A stretch of 64,000 nucleotides of DNA from an uncultured Pelagibacteraceae bacterium. Lineage in GTDB: Bacteria > Pseudomonadota > Alphaproteobacteria > Pelagibacterales > Pelagibacteraceae. This document shows, piece by piece, positions 1 to 9,949 of this stretch (the stretch's first letter is position 1; each line of letters begins with the position of its first letter). Both the position numbers and the translations under genes were made by a program. The notes beneath the pieces were generated by a model. That model had not been told where the DNA came from and ran no database searches. It worked only from the letters and a program-made list of their open reading frames with translations. The DNA lies in assembly GCA_902572225.1 (NCBI GenBank), contig CACGFJ010000001.1, positions 4,477-68,476 of the forward strand, written 5' to 3'.

Positions 1-65
1 AATTCACCTTTTCTTGCCATTGTAAAAGGTGATCTTGAATATCCTGCTATAACTGCTCTTTTCAT
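1..65 (-). CDS. Thiolase (acetyl-CoA C-acyltransferase), 5' end only; runs off the window edge
   Basis: Reverse strand from ATG at 65 reads MKRAVIAGYSRSPFTMARKGE, matching the thiolase N-terminal 'vI.g..RtPf' pattern. Not in the ORF track. Confidence 0.8.
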   Translation of the reverse strand, partial: MKRAVIAGYSRSPFTMARKGE

Positions 66-88
66 ATAAGACTTATACCTACTAATTA

Positions 89-1252
89 TTATTTTGAAAA
101 TGGTAAAGAGGACACAATTCCTTTTCTTAATTTATTATCAGGAGTGTGAACTAAAACTTCTGATCCTGTTTTGCAAAATTCATTTAAAATCATAGATAAA
201 CCAATATTTTTTTTGAATTTTGGAGAATAAATCCCTGAAGTAATTTTACCAATTAATTTCTTATCTTTTGAATAAAGTGGAAAAGGAATTGAACATGGAG
301 GACAATCTACACCATCAAATAATACCCCTTTTAATTTTTGTTTTACACCTTGTTTCTTAATATTATCTAAAGCATTTTTTCCAATGAAATCATGATCGCT
401 TTTGTCACTACAATATTTTTCTAAGTTACATTCAATTGGATTATTTTCTTTTGTAAAATCATTTCCATATGACATTAATCCTGCTTCTATTCTGTCAATT
501 AAATTTGGGCATCCTGGAGCAATGTTAAATTCTTTCCCCGCTTTCCATATTATATCCCAAATTTTTTCTCCCATTTCATTTTTGTCGAAGTAATTTTCAA
601 AGCATTTAAAATAAATCTCAAATCCATCTTGTTTGCTATATCCTGATCTTGCAATAACTTGTTTAGTTCCTAAAAAATCAAATATTCTAAAATTAAAAAA
701 TTTTAATTTTCTAATATCTTCTCCGAATATTGATGCCATCAAATCTTCAGACTTTGGACCTTGTACTGCAAGAGGATATACATCTGGTTCTGTTATGCTC
801 ACATTTAGATTTAAACCAACTGCAATACCTTTTGCCCAAAGCAATACATCAGAATCTGCTATTGAAATCCAAAACATATCATCATCTAACTTTAACAACA
901 CTGGATCATTTATCATTCCAGCATTTTCATCTATCATAGGAATATAAAAACATTTTCCAGTCTCCATATTTTTTAAAGATCTTGGCGTCATTTTTTGTAC
1001 TAATAAACTAGCGTCTGGACCTGATATCTGAACTTGTCTTTGACAAGAAACATCCCATAGCTGAACATGCTCATTTAAATGCCAATAATCATCCTCAACA
1101 GATTTCTGAAATCTTTTTGGTAAGAGCATATGATTTACAACAGTAAAATCAGTTACACCACATTCTTCAACTCTCTTGGTGTAAGGAGTTCTTCTTATTC
1201 TCCTAGACATATTTAGTTTTGTGCTAATTTTGCTTTGTATCAACGAAGCCAT
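89..1252 (-). CDS. dmdA: Dimethylsulfoniopropionate demethylase DmdA-type (GcvT family, THF-dependent)
   Basis: DmdA-typical segments SRRIRRTPY, NHMLLP, HVQLWDV, NDPVLLKL, ARSGYSKQ, GCPNLIDRIEAGLMSYGND. Confidence 0.85.
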   Translation of the reverse strand: MASLIQSKISTKLNMSRRIRRTPYTKRVEECGVTDFTVVNHMLLPKRFQKSVEDDYWHLNEHVQLWDVSCQRQVQISGPDASLLVQKMTPRSLKNMETGKCFYIPMIDENAGMINDPVLLKLDDDMFWISIADSDVLLWAKGIAVGLNLNVSITEPDVYPLAVQGPKSEDLMASIFGEDIRKLKFFNFRIFDFLGTKQVIARSGYSKQDGFEIYFKCFENYFDKNEMGEKIWDIIWKAGKEFNIAPGCPNLIDRIEAGLMSYGNDFTKENNPIECNLEKYCSDKSDHDFIGKNALDNIKKQGVKQKLKGVLFDGVDCPPCSIPFPLYSKDKKLIGKITSGIYSPKFKKNIGLSMILNEFCKTGSEVLVHTPDNKLRKGIVSSLPFSK

Positions 1253-1255
1253 ATA

Positions 1256-1591
1256 TTATTTTGACCACCAAACTGTATAGCTGTTAGGAGAAATTATTAT
1301 TGGTAAGTGGTAATTTTTTTTATTATCAGTCATTTTAAATTTTACGACTATTTCACCCACAATTTTTTTCTTTTTAAAGTATCTTTTAATATCACAAATC
1401 ATTTCATAATCGCATTTACAATCTTTTTTGCTAAGATTGAAATGCTGATTAATCCTACCATTTCCATCAGTCTTTGTATTCAAAAAAAGCTTTTTTAATT
1501 TTGAGGATTGTATTTGATAAATCTTTACTTTGACGTTACTTGCATGAGTTCCATCAGAACCATTCAATAAATGTGAGCTAAATTTTGCCAT
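1256..1591 (-). CDS. Transthyretin-like / 5-hydroxyisourate hydrolase-family protein with non-canonical C-terminus
   Basis: 111 aa; SSHLL, TDGNGRI, YHLPIIISPNSY motifs; ends in VWWSK instead of YRGS. Confidence 0.75.
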   Translation of the reverse strand: MAKFSSHLLNGSDGTHASNVKVKIYQIQSSKLKKLFLNTKTDGNGRINQHFNLSKKDCKCDYEMICDIKRYFKKKKIVGEIVVKFKMTDNKKNYHLPIIISPNSYTVWWSK

Positions 1592-1592
1592 T

Positions 1593-3332
1593 TTACTCTA
1601 TTGAAGATTTCTCTCTCTTGCTGGCCACAGCAGCAACAATTGGACTTAATACTGGTTTAGCTTTTACATTTACACAAGCAGTTTTACCGCTCGCAATAGC
1701 TCTTTTTAATGCTGGACCCAATTCTTCTCTTTTCGTTACTAATTCTCCATGACCCCCAAAACCTTCAAATATACTGTGGAAAGGTATATCTCTAAAATCT
1801 GTTGCAACTCTTTTTCCGCTTTCAAATAGCCTTTCTTGTTGTTGACCAATTGATGCTAAGCCACCATTATTGTCAATAACAACTACGATTGGTTTCTTTT
1901 CAAAAAATGCAGTTTCTATAGACATGCCTCCAGATAAAAAGGCACCATCTCCACTAATTAAAATTACATTCGATTTAGGGTTATTATTTTTTGCAGACAA
2001 TGCAAATGATACACCAACACCCAGCATACTAAATGTGCCAGGATGTAAAATTCCACCCAATTTTTTTCCTTGAGCTCCGGCTAAATTTATTGCGATCTCC
2101 GACCAGAAATGAGTATTTCCTCCATCAATTATAAGCCAATCTTTCTCATCCATTACGTCTTGAACGTCTAACGCTAATTGCAGTGGATGAATTTTTCCAC
2201 CATTTTTTTTTGCTTTATCTGCTTCAATTTTTAATTCATTTAAAGATTTATCTACCCAATCTTTTTTTTTATTTTTATTTTCTTGAAACCAACTATTTCC
2301 TAAATTCCATTTATTATTTTTCTTTAAATTACATAGAGTATCCAAAAATACTCCTGGATCACATAAAAGGTTATGATCAGCTGCTCTATTAAACTCAATT
2401 TCTTCATGGGAACCGTTAATACAAACTAAAGTTGTTGTTTTTGGAATGAAAGGAGGGTTACCAAAATTCATTTGGTTATCTAATCTTGCACCAATCATCA
2501 AAACTAAGTCTGAATTATGTAATGCAAATTCCGATGGTGGATATTGATGAATATCTGCTAAACCCATATATGCATTTGCCTCTTCTCCTAAAAGTTTTTG
2601 ATGGTAAGGCACATTAAAAACTGGAATATTTAAACTTTCACCAGCAGTCTCTAAATTTTTTTCTGAGTTTGACCACCAAACACCATGCCCTCCAATTATG
2701 ACAGGTTTTTTTGCATTACATGCTAACTCAAGTATTCTTGATAGAGCATTTGGATCTGGCCATGCTTTTGCAACTGGCTTTGCTTTATGTGAAAATGGCC
2801 TTTCTTCAAGTCCAACATTTTCTTCAAATGAAGAAAACATTATGTCTACTGGTAAACTTAGATGAACAGCTCCAGGGTATCCATTTGTTGCAATTCTGTA
2901 TGCTTTATCAACAAATTCTCTAATTCTTGTTCCATCTGTAATGCTTGCACTATATTTTGTAAGAGGAGCAGCAATTGAAACATCATCAATTTCTTTAAAG
3001 CCACCTGACCCTTGTCTTTTTAAACTACTTGATCCAGTTATATAAATTATTGGTGTTCTTTCTCCCCATGCTTCCATCATTGATGGTACTGCATTTGCAA
3101 AACCCTCTGGCCCGACTAAGCATACAGATGGTTTTCTTGTAATTCTCGTATGTCCATCTGCTAAGTGTCCAGCTATTTGTTCATGGGGACAATTAACTAC
3201 ATCAATTTGACACTCCATGAAACCTTCAATTGCAGGATTACAAAATCCACCTGATAGAGTAAAAACTTTATTAATACCTTTATCTTTTAATGCTCTTGCG
3301 ATTAATGCTCCACCTCTTATTTTTTTTTCCAT
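1593..3332 (-). CDS. ThDP-dependent enzyme (acetolactate synthase / 2-hydroxyacyl-CoA lyase-like superfamily)
   Basis: N-terminal GGALIARAL..VFTLSGG, catalytic HEQ, C-terminal ThDP motif GDGA...NN. Confidence 0.85.
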   Translation of the reverse strand: MEKKIRGGALIARALKDKGINKVFTLSGGFCNPAIEGFMECQIDVVNCPHEQIAGHLADGHTRITRKPSVCLVGPEGFANAVPSMMEAWGERTPIIYITGSSSLKRQGSGGFKEIDDVSIAAPLTKYSASITDGTRIREFVDKAYRIATNGYPGAVHLSLPVDIMFSSFEENVGLEERPFSHKAKPVAKAWPDPNALSRILELACNAKKPVIIGGHGVWWSNSEKNLETAGESLNIPVFNVPYHQKLLGEEANAYMGLADIHQYPPSEFALHNSDLVLMIGARLDNQMNFGNPPFIPKTTTLVCINGSHEEIEFNRAADHNLLCDPGVFLDTLCNLKKNNKWNLGNSWFQENKNKKKDWVDKSLNELKIEADKAKKNGGKIHPLQLALDVQDVMDEKDWLIIDGGNTHFWSEIAINLAGAQGKKLGGILHPGTFSMLGVGVSFALSAKNNNPKSNVILISGDGAFLSGGMSIETAFFEKKPIVVVIDNNGGLASIGQQQERLFESGKRVATDFRDIPFHSIFEGFGGHGELVTKREELGPALKRAIASGKTACVNVKAKPVLSPIVAAVASKREKSSIE

Positions 3333-3333
3333 A

Positions 3334-4494
3334 TTAGTAAGTTGTATTCATAAAAAGTTTCTGTTCGATTATATCAGAAGAAACCTCATTAATATCATTT
3401 AATCCAACCAAACCTAGTGTTGTGCTAGTTTCTTCTTTAATTATATCCACAATTCTTCTTAGTCCACTAGCTCCATCAGCTCCCATAGCATACATTACAG
3501 GCCTTCCAATCATTGAAAAATCTGCTCCTAAAGCTAATGATCTAACAATATCGCTCCCACTTCTTATTCCACTATCAAAAATAATTGGAAAATTATTTCC
3601 TACTGCCTCTCTAATAAAAGGTAAAATATTTATTGCTGCTGAGGCACTATCTAATTGTCTACCTCCATGATTTGAAACTTGGATAGCATCAGCTCCCATT
3701 TCTTTAATTTTTACTGCATCATCTGATGACATAACACCTTTTACAATTAATTTGCCTTTCCATTTATTTCTTACTCTTTTTAAAGTTTCCCAATCTGTTT
3801 TTCCTCTACTTTCTTTTCTTTTAAAAATACCTTTTCCACTTTTTGAAGTTTCGTAATTCATTGGCTTTGGTATTCCATTGAGCAATGTAGATATTGACCA
3901 AACAGGATGAGTTGCAAAATCAAAAAATTGTTTAGGTCCAATTTTAAATGGATATGAAAATCCATTTTTATCATCTCTAGTTCTCCTAGATAAAACTGGA
4001 ACATCAACAGTAAGTATAGCAACTTCATAGCCGGTTTTTTCTGCTCTATCCAGTAATTCCATGACAAAAGCCTCATCTTGAAAAATATAAAGTTGAAGCC
4101 ATGAATGACCTTCTGAAAGCTCATACATTTTTTCTAATGTAGTTGTGGAAGCCATCGATACACAGGTTGGAATATTATTTCTTGCACTTTCTTTTGCCAG
4201 CATTGAGTCTGCGCCTGGCCATGAAAGGTTTGTCATACCCATTGGAGCAAAACCAAAAGGATAGTCATAACTAAATCCAAGAATATTTTTTTTTAGTTTT
4301 CTTTCCTCTACATTTCTTAGAACTCTTGGCTCAAGTCGTATTTGATCTAAAGCAAAACTATTAATTTCTGATAGCTTTTCATCTCCAGATGCACCGTCAA
4401 TAAAATCGTAAACTATCTTTGGTAATCTTTTCTTTGATAGTTTTTTTGCGTCTTCAATGCTAAAAATTTTGTTACTGGCTTTAATGTTATCCAT
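3334..4494 (-). CDS. FMN-dependent alpha-hydroxy-acid oxidase/dehydrogenase (LldD/mandelate dehydrogenase family)
   Basis: YDFIDGASGDE, WLQLY, LTVD, SNHGGRQLD, DSGIRSGSD motifs. Confidence 0.9.
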   Translation of the reverse strand: MDNIKASNKIFSIEDAKKLSKKRLPKIVYDFIDGASGDEKLSEINSFALDQIRLEPRVLRNVEERKLKKNILGFSYDYPFGFAPMGMTNLSWPGADSMLAKESARNNIPTCVSMASTTTLEKMYELSEGHSWLQLYIFQDEAFVMELLDRAEKTGYEVAILTVDVPVLSRRTRDDKNGFSYPFKIGPKQFFDFATHPVWSISTLLNGIPKPMNYETSKSGKGIFKRKESRGKTDWETLKRVRNKWKGKLIVKGVMSSDDAVKIKEMGADAIQVSNHGGRQLDSASAAINILPFIREAVGNNFPIIFDSGIRSGSDIVRSLALGADFSMIGRPVMYAMGADGASGLRRIVDIIKEETSTTLGLVGLNDINEVSSDIIEQKLFMNTTY

Positions 4495-5182
4495 TTAAAT
4501 TTTCTATATATGTTTTTAAACTTATCTTATCATGTCTAGTCACATAATAAGCGTCATGATTAATTCTTGAAGAATAAACCTCAGAAGGAACTCCGTCAAT
4601 AAAAAGCACAGCTACACCATCATCAATAGCTATTCCATCTGGTAAATTTCCATCTTTAATTTCTGAAATAAATTGTCGAAGTCGATTATTATCTGAAGAA
4701 TGCGGTGTGCAACTTCCATCTAAAAAATTTATTCCTTTTATTGGACTTAGCTCTTTATCGACTGAGTCTGATAATATCCAATCAAACCAACAGACGGCTC
4801 CTGCACTTATTCCACTCAGAATTATTCCTTTTTCATATGCATCTTTAAATACTTTGATAAGATTATGTCTTTTCCAAATATTAATCATGTTAGAGGTATT
4901 ACCACCTCCTACATAAATTATATCTTTGTTCATCAGCCATTCATTAAAACCTTCCACACTTGAACAGAGATTAAAATGAGATAATTTAAATTTATGTGAT
5001 TTAAATCTTTTATAAAAAAGATCGATCTTTTCTTGATTATCATTGCTAGCTGTAGGTAAAAAACCGATATTGATTTTTGATTTATTTACTTGATTTATAA
5101 CATACTCATCCAAGTCTTCGTCAGAAGAATGTGTAAATCCACCACCACCAATTGCTATTATTATTTTTTTATTCCTGACCAC
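4487..5182 (-). CDS. Peptidase E-like (S51) hydrolase
   Basis: IAIGGGG, FLPTAS.D, IYVGGGNT, nucleophile elbow GISAGA, PH catalytic His. Confidence 0.85.
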   Translation of the reverse strand: MVRNKKIIIAIGGGGFTHSSDEDLDEYVINQVNKSKINIGFLPTASNDNQEKIDLFYKRFKSHKFKLSHFNLCSSVEGFNEWLMNKDIIYVGGGNTSNMINIWKRHNLIKVFKDAYEKGIILSGISAGAVCWFDWILSDSVDKELSPIKGINFLDGSCTPHSSDNNRLRQFISEIKDGNLPDGIAIDDGVAVLFIDGVPSEVYSSRINHDAYYVTRHDKISLKTYIENLNG

Positions 5183-6384
5183 GGAGAAGGACCTGTTGGA
5201 ATATCAATTTTTAAACCTCTTACAATTTCATTTTTAAAGTCATACATTGGTAAGGTGCATATTTCGCCTTTATGAATTTTATTATCATTGCAATTAACAT
5301 CCACTATTAACCCCGGTTTATATTTTGTAGAATTCATTAAAACAATTCCAACACCACATTTTTGAAAAGGTGACCAAGTACTTGATGTAATTTTTCCAAT
5401 TATTTCATTATTATATTTTATATAAGTTCCTTTTAAACCTGTTCCATTTTCTACTCGTATTCCCCAACATCTTTTTTCTTTATCAGCAGTCATCAATGAT
5501 GATTTTCCAATAAAATAATTTTTTTTTAAATCAACATACTTACCTAACCCGACATCATATGGATTTGTTTCATGATTAAAGTCTTGTCCGGCTGATAATA
5601 ATCCAGATTCTATTCTTTTACATCTGAAACCAGGAGTGCCTGTGAGTATCATTCCCATTTTTTTTCCTTCTTCAAGAATATAATCCCCAACTTTTTCAGT
5701 ATTATTATTTTTTCTAAAATAAATTTCCCAACCAAGTTCATTACTAAATCCTGATCTACTTATGATGACTTTTTCATTAAGTATAGTAATTTCTTTCCAA
5801 TCAAAATATTTCCAATTATCAGGAAAAGTTTCTTTACTTAAAACTTTTAAAAGATCCATAGATTTTGGTCCCTGAATTTGACTTACCCAAACGTCTGGGT
5901 CAGAAATTTTTACATTAAGATTATCAGTGTGAGCTTTATACCATGAAAAAAGATCACCATCAGCTTGAACAAACCAAAATTTATTTTCTTCAAGTTTTAG
6001 CAAAACTCCATCTGTCAGCATGCCTCCATCATTGTAACAAGCAAATTGGTATGAGCATCTTCCTACTTTTACTTTTGAGATATCTCTTGTGAATATTTTT
6101 TGTAAAAGTTTTTCTGCATCTGGACCAGAAATTTCATATGGATGTTCGCCAGTATGACGAAAAATTACTTCTTGTCTTACTTTCCAATACATTTCATCAG
6201 CAGTAGCGTGTGAAAGTACTTCTGGATTTAATCTTCCTGCATAAAATGAATACTCAGGATCGTAAGGAAGTTCTTGATATGCCAAAGGATGTATTCCTAC
6301 AGTTCTAGCAAGTTCAACAACTTTATTATCATTGGATTTTAAAGGTTTTACTGAAAATCTGACTTTGTTTAATTCGTTTTGCAT
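5161..6384 (-). CDS. GcvT/aminomethyltransferase-family THF-dependent demethylase, substrate unknown
   Basis: EISGPDA, DGVLLKL, QIQGPKS, SRSGFSNELGWEI, RIESGL, GKITSSTWSP. Confidence 0.85.
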   Translation of the reverse strand: MQNELNKVRFSVKPLKSNDNKVVELARTVGIHPLAYQELPYDPEYSFYAGRLNPEVLSHATADEMYWKVRQEVIFRHTGEHPYEISGPDAEKLLQKIFTRDISKVKVGRCSYQFACYNDGGMLTDGVLLKLEENKFWFVQADGDLFSWYKAHTDNLNVKISDPDVWVSQIQGPKSMDLLKVLSKETFPDNWKYFDWKEITILNEKVIISRSGFSNELGWEIYFRKNNNTEKVGDYILEEGKKMGMILTGTPGFRCKRIESGLLSAGQDFNHETNPYDVGLGKYVDLKKNYFIGKSSLMTADKEKRCWGIRVENGTGLKGTYIKYNNEIIGKITSSTWSPFQKCGVGIVLMNSTKYKPGLIVDVNCNDNKIHKGEICTLPMYDFKNEIVRGLKIDIPTGPSPWSGIKK

Positions 6385-6524
6385 TTATAATTTAAAAAAA
6401 GTGTATATTAATTAAAATATCTATTCAATTAGTAGATGAATCACTACATTTTGCATGTTGTTATCTAGTTCTGGAATTGTTATCTTTTTAATTATTTAAA
6501 CAACTAAAGAAAAAGAGGGAACTT

Positions 6525-8012
6525 ATGAAATACATACTTAAAGTTTTTTCAGCGACTTTTATGTCTCTGATATTATCTTTTTCTATTGCCAATGCATCAA
6601 GTGGAGTATTTAAAGTATCACATGATCTTGGATTTGGAAAAGATACTAACTTAGATGCCATAACAAAGGGGCGTTTGTTTCAAGTTGTCATCAAAACACA
6701 AAATAGATTAGTAAGACCTGATATGAATGGTGTTCCATCACCTTCATTATCAACAGATTGGAGTGCTAATTCTGATGCAACTGAATGGACATTTAATTTA
6801 AGAAAAGGAATATATTTCCATGATGGATCAGCATTTGATGCCCCAGATGTAAAATATTCTCTAATGAGAGCTAAAGATCCTGATATCGGATCTCCGGTAA
6901 GAAAAAGTTTAAATGTAGTTGAAGATATTGAGGTAGTTGATCAGCATACTGTTAAAATGAAGTTATCAACTTCATTTGCTGACTTTCCGTTATTATTAAC
7001 AGACTACAGATTAAGAATGATACCTGAAGGATCAGGAGATACTATTGGACAAACTGGAGTTGGTACTGGACCATTCATGGTTGATAAATTTGATCCAGAA
7101 GGAACTACAATTCTAAAAGCTAACCCAGATTACTGGGAAGGTGCACCAGGAGTTGCGGAAGTTCATGTCATTGCGATACCAGATGCTCAAGCAAGAATTC
7201 AAGCTCTTTTAACGGGTCAAATTGATATGAATAGATATGTTCCTTTCAATCAAAAAAAGATATTTGACAGTAATTCTAAATTTACAACAACTGTAATTCC
7301 AACTGGAAACTGGAGAGGTGTGGTTATGAGAACTGATACTGCTCCATTTGATAATCCTAAAGTGAGAAAAGCTTTTAGGTTAGCAGTTGATAGACAAGAA
7401 CTTGTAGATCTAGTTATGGGTGGAGCAGCAACTGTATCTTGTGATACACCTGTAATGCCTTCTGATCAATATCGTTTACAAATGGATTGTCCTCAAAATA
7501 TTAGTAAAGCAAAAAATTTACTAAGAGAAGCGGGATTTCCAAATGGAATTGAATTGACTGTTTATCCAGCAACTTTAGAACCAACTTGGCCTACGATTGC
7601 AGAAGTCGTTCAGCAGCAAGTTGCAAAAGCTGGAATTAAAGTTAACATAGAAATGGTACCATCTAAAGGTTATTGGAATGAAGTATGGATGAAAAAACCA
7701 GTTTCAATGACACGTTGGAACCAAAGACCAGCAGACACAATATTGCATGAAGCTTATCATAGTGGAGCTAAATGGAATGAGTCTTATTTCAAAAACGCTG
7801 ACTTTGATAAAAACTTAGCTGATGCTAGAAGTGAGTTGGATTTCAATAAAAGAAAGAAAGCATATCAAAATGCTCAAATGACTTTATGGGAACAAAGTGG
7901 AACAATGATTCCATACCACGTATCTAGACTTGTAGTTACTTCATCAAAAGTTAAAAACCTTGATGCTGTAGATCACTTTTCTATACAGTGGCATAAAGTT
8001 AAAGTTGACTAA
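6525..8012 (+). CDS. ABC transporter substrate-binding protein, family 5 (peptide/nickel)
   Basis: Signal peptide; WTFNLRKGIYFHDGS, GTGPF, PFDNPKVRKAF; GAGGGA RBS upstream. Confidence 0.9.
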   Translation: MKYILKVFSATFMSLILSFSIANASSGVFKVSHDLGFGKDTNLDAITKGRLFQVVIKTQNRLVRPDMNGVPSPSLSTDWSANSDATEWTFNLRKGIYFHDGSAFDAPDVKYSLMRAKDPDIGSPVRKSLNVVEDIEVVDQHTVKMKLSTSFADFPLLLTDYRLRMIPEGSGDTIGQTGVGTGPFMVDKFDPEGTTILKANPDYWEGAPGVAEVHVIAIPDAQARIQALLTGQIDMNRYVPFNQKKIFDSNSKFTTTVIPTGNWRGVVMRTDTAPFDNPKVRKAFRLAVDRQELVDLVMGGAATVSCDTPVMPSDQYRLQMDCPQNISKAKNLLREAGFPNGIELTVYPATLEPTWPTIAEVVQQQVAKAGIKVNIEMVPSKGYWNEVWMKKPVSMTRWNQRPADTILHEAYHSGAKWNESYFKNADFDKNLADARSELDFNKRKKAYQNAQMTLWEQSGTMIPYHVSRLVVTSSKVKNLDAVDHFSIQWHKVKVD

Positions 8013-8022
8013 AAGTATTTAG

Positions 8023-8050
8023 ATAAAGGCCGCATATAAGCGGCCTTTAT
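8023..8050 (+). terminator. Stem-loop after the SBP gene (terminator or mRNA stabiliser)
   Basis: Perfect 11-bp inverted repeat ATAAAGGCCGC-atataa-GCGGCCTTTAT followed by T-rich sequence. Confidence 0.75.
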
Positions 8051-8097
8051 TCTATTTCTATTTAAATTATTTTTGTTACAAAGTTCTAGTTAATCTT

Positions 8098-9054
8098 ATG
8101 CTTTTATTAATTTTAAAAAGAATTGGACTAGGGCTTATTACTTTATTTATAGTTTCATTGATTACATTTGTAGGTGTTGAAGTTTTACCTGGGGATGCAT
8201 GCACAACATATTTAGAAAGAGAAGCTTATGGAGCAGCTCTTGATGCTTGCATAAAAAGACTTGGTCTAGATATTCCTGCTTATGAAAGATATTTGGACTG
8301 GGCATCAAATGTTGTAAGAGGTGATTTTGGTTACTCTTTAAGTGGAGAAATGCCAATTAATGAAGTACTGGGTCCAAGAGTTAAAAACTCACTAGTTTTA
8401 GCCTCTGTTTCAATACTTATAGGAATTCCTTTAGCAATCGTATTAGGAATAATAACTGCTCTTTGGAGAGATAAGCTTCCAGATATTATGATCTCAACTA
8501 TCACAATTTTTTCAATGACTATTCCCGAGTTTATTAGTGCTACTTTACTTATTTTAATTGTTGCAATTTGGCTTGGTTGGCTACCAGGCATTGTGATTAT
8601 ACCATCGGATGCAACTTTTTATGAATTACTCTCAAATATAATTTTACCTGTTGTTGCAATTTCAATGATTATGACCGCACACATGGCAAGAATGGTACGT
8701 TCAAGTGTAATTCAAGTAATGGCTAGTGATTATGTGCAAATGGCAATTTTAAAAGGTGTCCCATATTGGAAAATGGTATTTAGACATGTACTGCCAAATG
8801 CATTATTACCAGCAATAAATGTAGTGGCGTTAACAATTGCTTGGTTGCTAGGTGGTGTTGTTGTTACAGAAGTTGTTTTTAATTATCCAGGTTTAGGCAG
8901 ACTGGTAATTGAGTCTATATCAAATAGAGATTTACCTGTTGTTCAAGCATTAGCAATAATATTAGCATCAATCTATGTGGGAATAAATTTAATAGCAGAT
9001 TTAATGACACTCATGCTTAATCCAAGATTAAAAAGTTTACAGATAAGAAAATAA
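8098..9054 (+). CDS. ABC permease (DppB/OppB family)
   Basis: LPGD, GDFGYS, EAA loop DYVQMAILKG, VFNYPGLG, RDLPVVQ. Confidence 0.92.
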   Translation: MLLLILKRIGLGLITLFIVSLITFVGVEVLPGDACTTYLEREAYGAALDACIKRLGLDIPAYERYLDWASNVVRGDFGYSLSGEMPINEVLGPRVKNSLVLASVSILIGIPLAIVLGIITALWRDKLPDIMISTITIFSMTIPEFISATLLILIVAIWLGWLPGIVIIPSDATFYELLSNIILPVVAISMIMTAHMARMVRSSVIQVMASDYVQMAILKGVPYWKMVFRHVLPNALLPAINVVALTIAWLLGGVVVTEVVFNYPGLGRLVIESISNRDLPVVQALAIILASIYVGINLIADLMTLMLNPRLKSLQIRK

Positions 9055-9055
9055 A

Positions 9056-9949
9056 ATGGAGAATAATTTAATTACAGAAGATAAACAAAAAAATAAGCTA
9101 GAAAAGGCTTTTGAAATTTTAAAAACTATGGCCTCCAAGCCTTCTGGATTAATTGGACTTACAATTGTTTTATTTCATGTAGTCTTAGCATTAACTAGCC
9201 CTTACATTGCACCATACGATTATAAAGCAATTAGCCCAAATACCATGTTACTTGCACCTTCAGCCGAGCATTGGTTTGGAACAGATAGCTTGGGTAGAGA
9301 TGTTTTCACAAGGACAATACTTGGAGGGAGAACAGCTCTTACTGTAACTTTCTTCGGATCACTGATAGCTCTTCTGTGGGGAGGTTTACTTGGAATTTTT
9401 TGTGGTTTAGTTGGAGGTAAAATTGACGATGTTGTAATGAGAGTTGTTGATGCGTTTCTTTCTATTCCTTGGATACTTGCAATGCTATTAATTGTTTCTC
9501 TTTTAGGAACATCAACAGAGGTTTTAATTCCTGCACTAGGTTTTTTTTATGGTAAAGGAATAGTAAGAGTTGCTAGAGCTGCTACTCACGATGTTATTGC
9601 TAAAGACTTTATAGTTTCAGCGAGAGCTAGAGGCCATAGCAATATGTCTATTATATGGAATGAAATTATTCCAAATGTTAGAGACGCTATATTAGTAGAA
9701 GGAGCAATGAGATGGTCTTGGATGTTGTTAGGATTTAGCTCATTGTCATTCTTAGGTTTTGGTGTAAGCCCTCCAACACCCGATTGGGGCTTAATGATCT
9801 CCAATGCCAGAGGATTGATGTCGTTTGCATATTGGTCTGTAATTGCTCCGATAGTAGGATTAAGTTCTCTAATAATTGGAATAAATTTAACTGCTGATGC
9901 ATTTGCAAAAGCTTTAGGAATTGATCGTTCAACAAAGGCACCTGTTTAA
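9056..9949 (+). CDS. ABC permease (DppC/OppC family)
   Basis: HWFGTDSLGRDVF, ARARG, SFLGFGVSPPTPDWG. Confidence 0.92.
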   Translation: MENNLITEDKQKNKLEKAFEILKTMASKPSGLIGLTIVLFHVVLALTSPYIAPYDYKAISPNTMLLAPSAEHWFGTDSLGRDVFTRTILGGRTALTVTFFGSLIALLWGGLLGIFCGLVGGKIDDVVMRVVDAFLSIPWILAMLLIVSLLGTSTEVLIPALGFFYGKGIVRVARAATHDVIAKDFIVSARARGHSNMSIIWNEIIPNVRDAILVEGAMRWSWMLLGFSSLSFLGFGVSPPTPDWGLMISNARGLMSFAYWSVIAPIVGLSSLIIGINLTADAFAKALGIDRSTKAPV

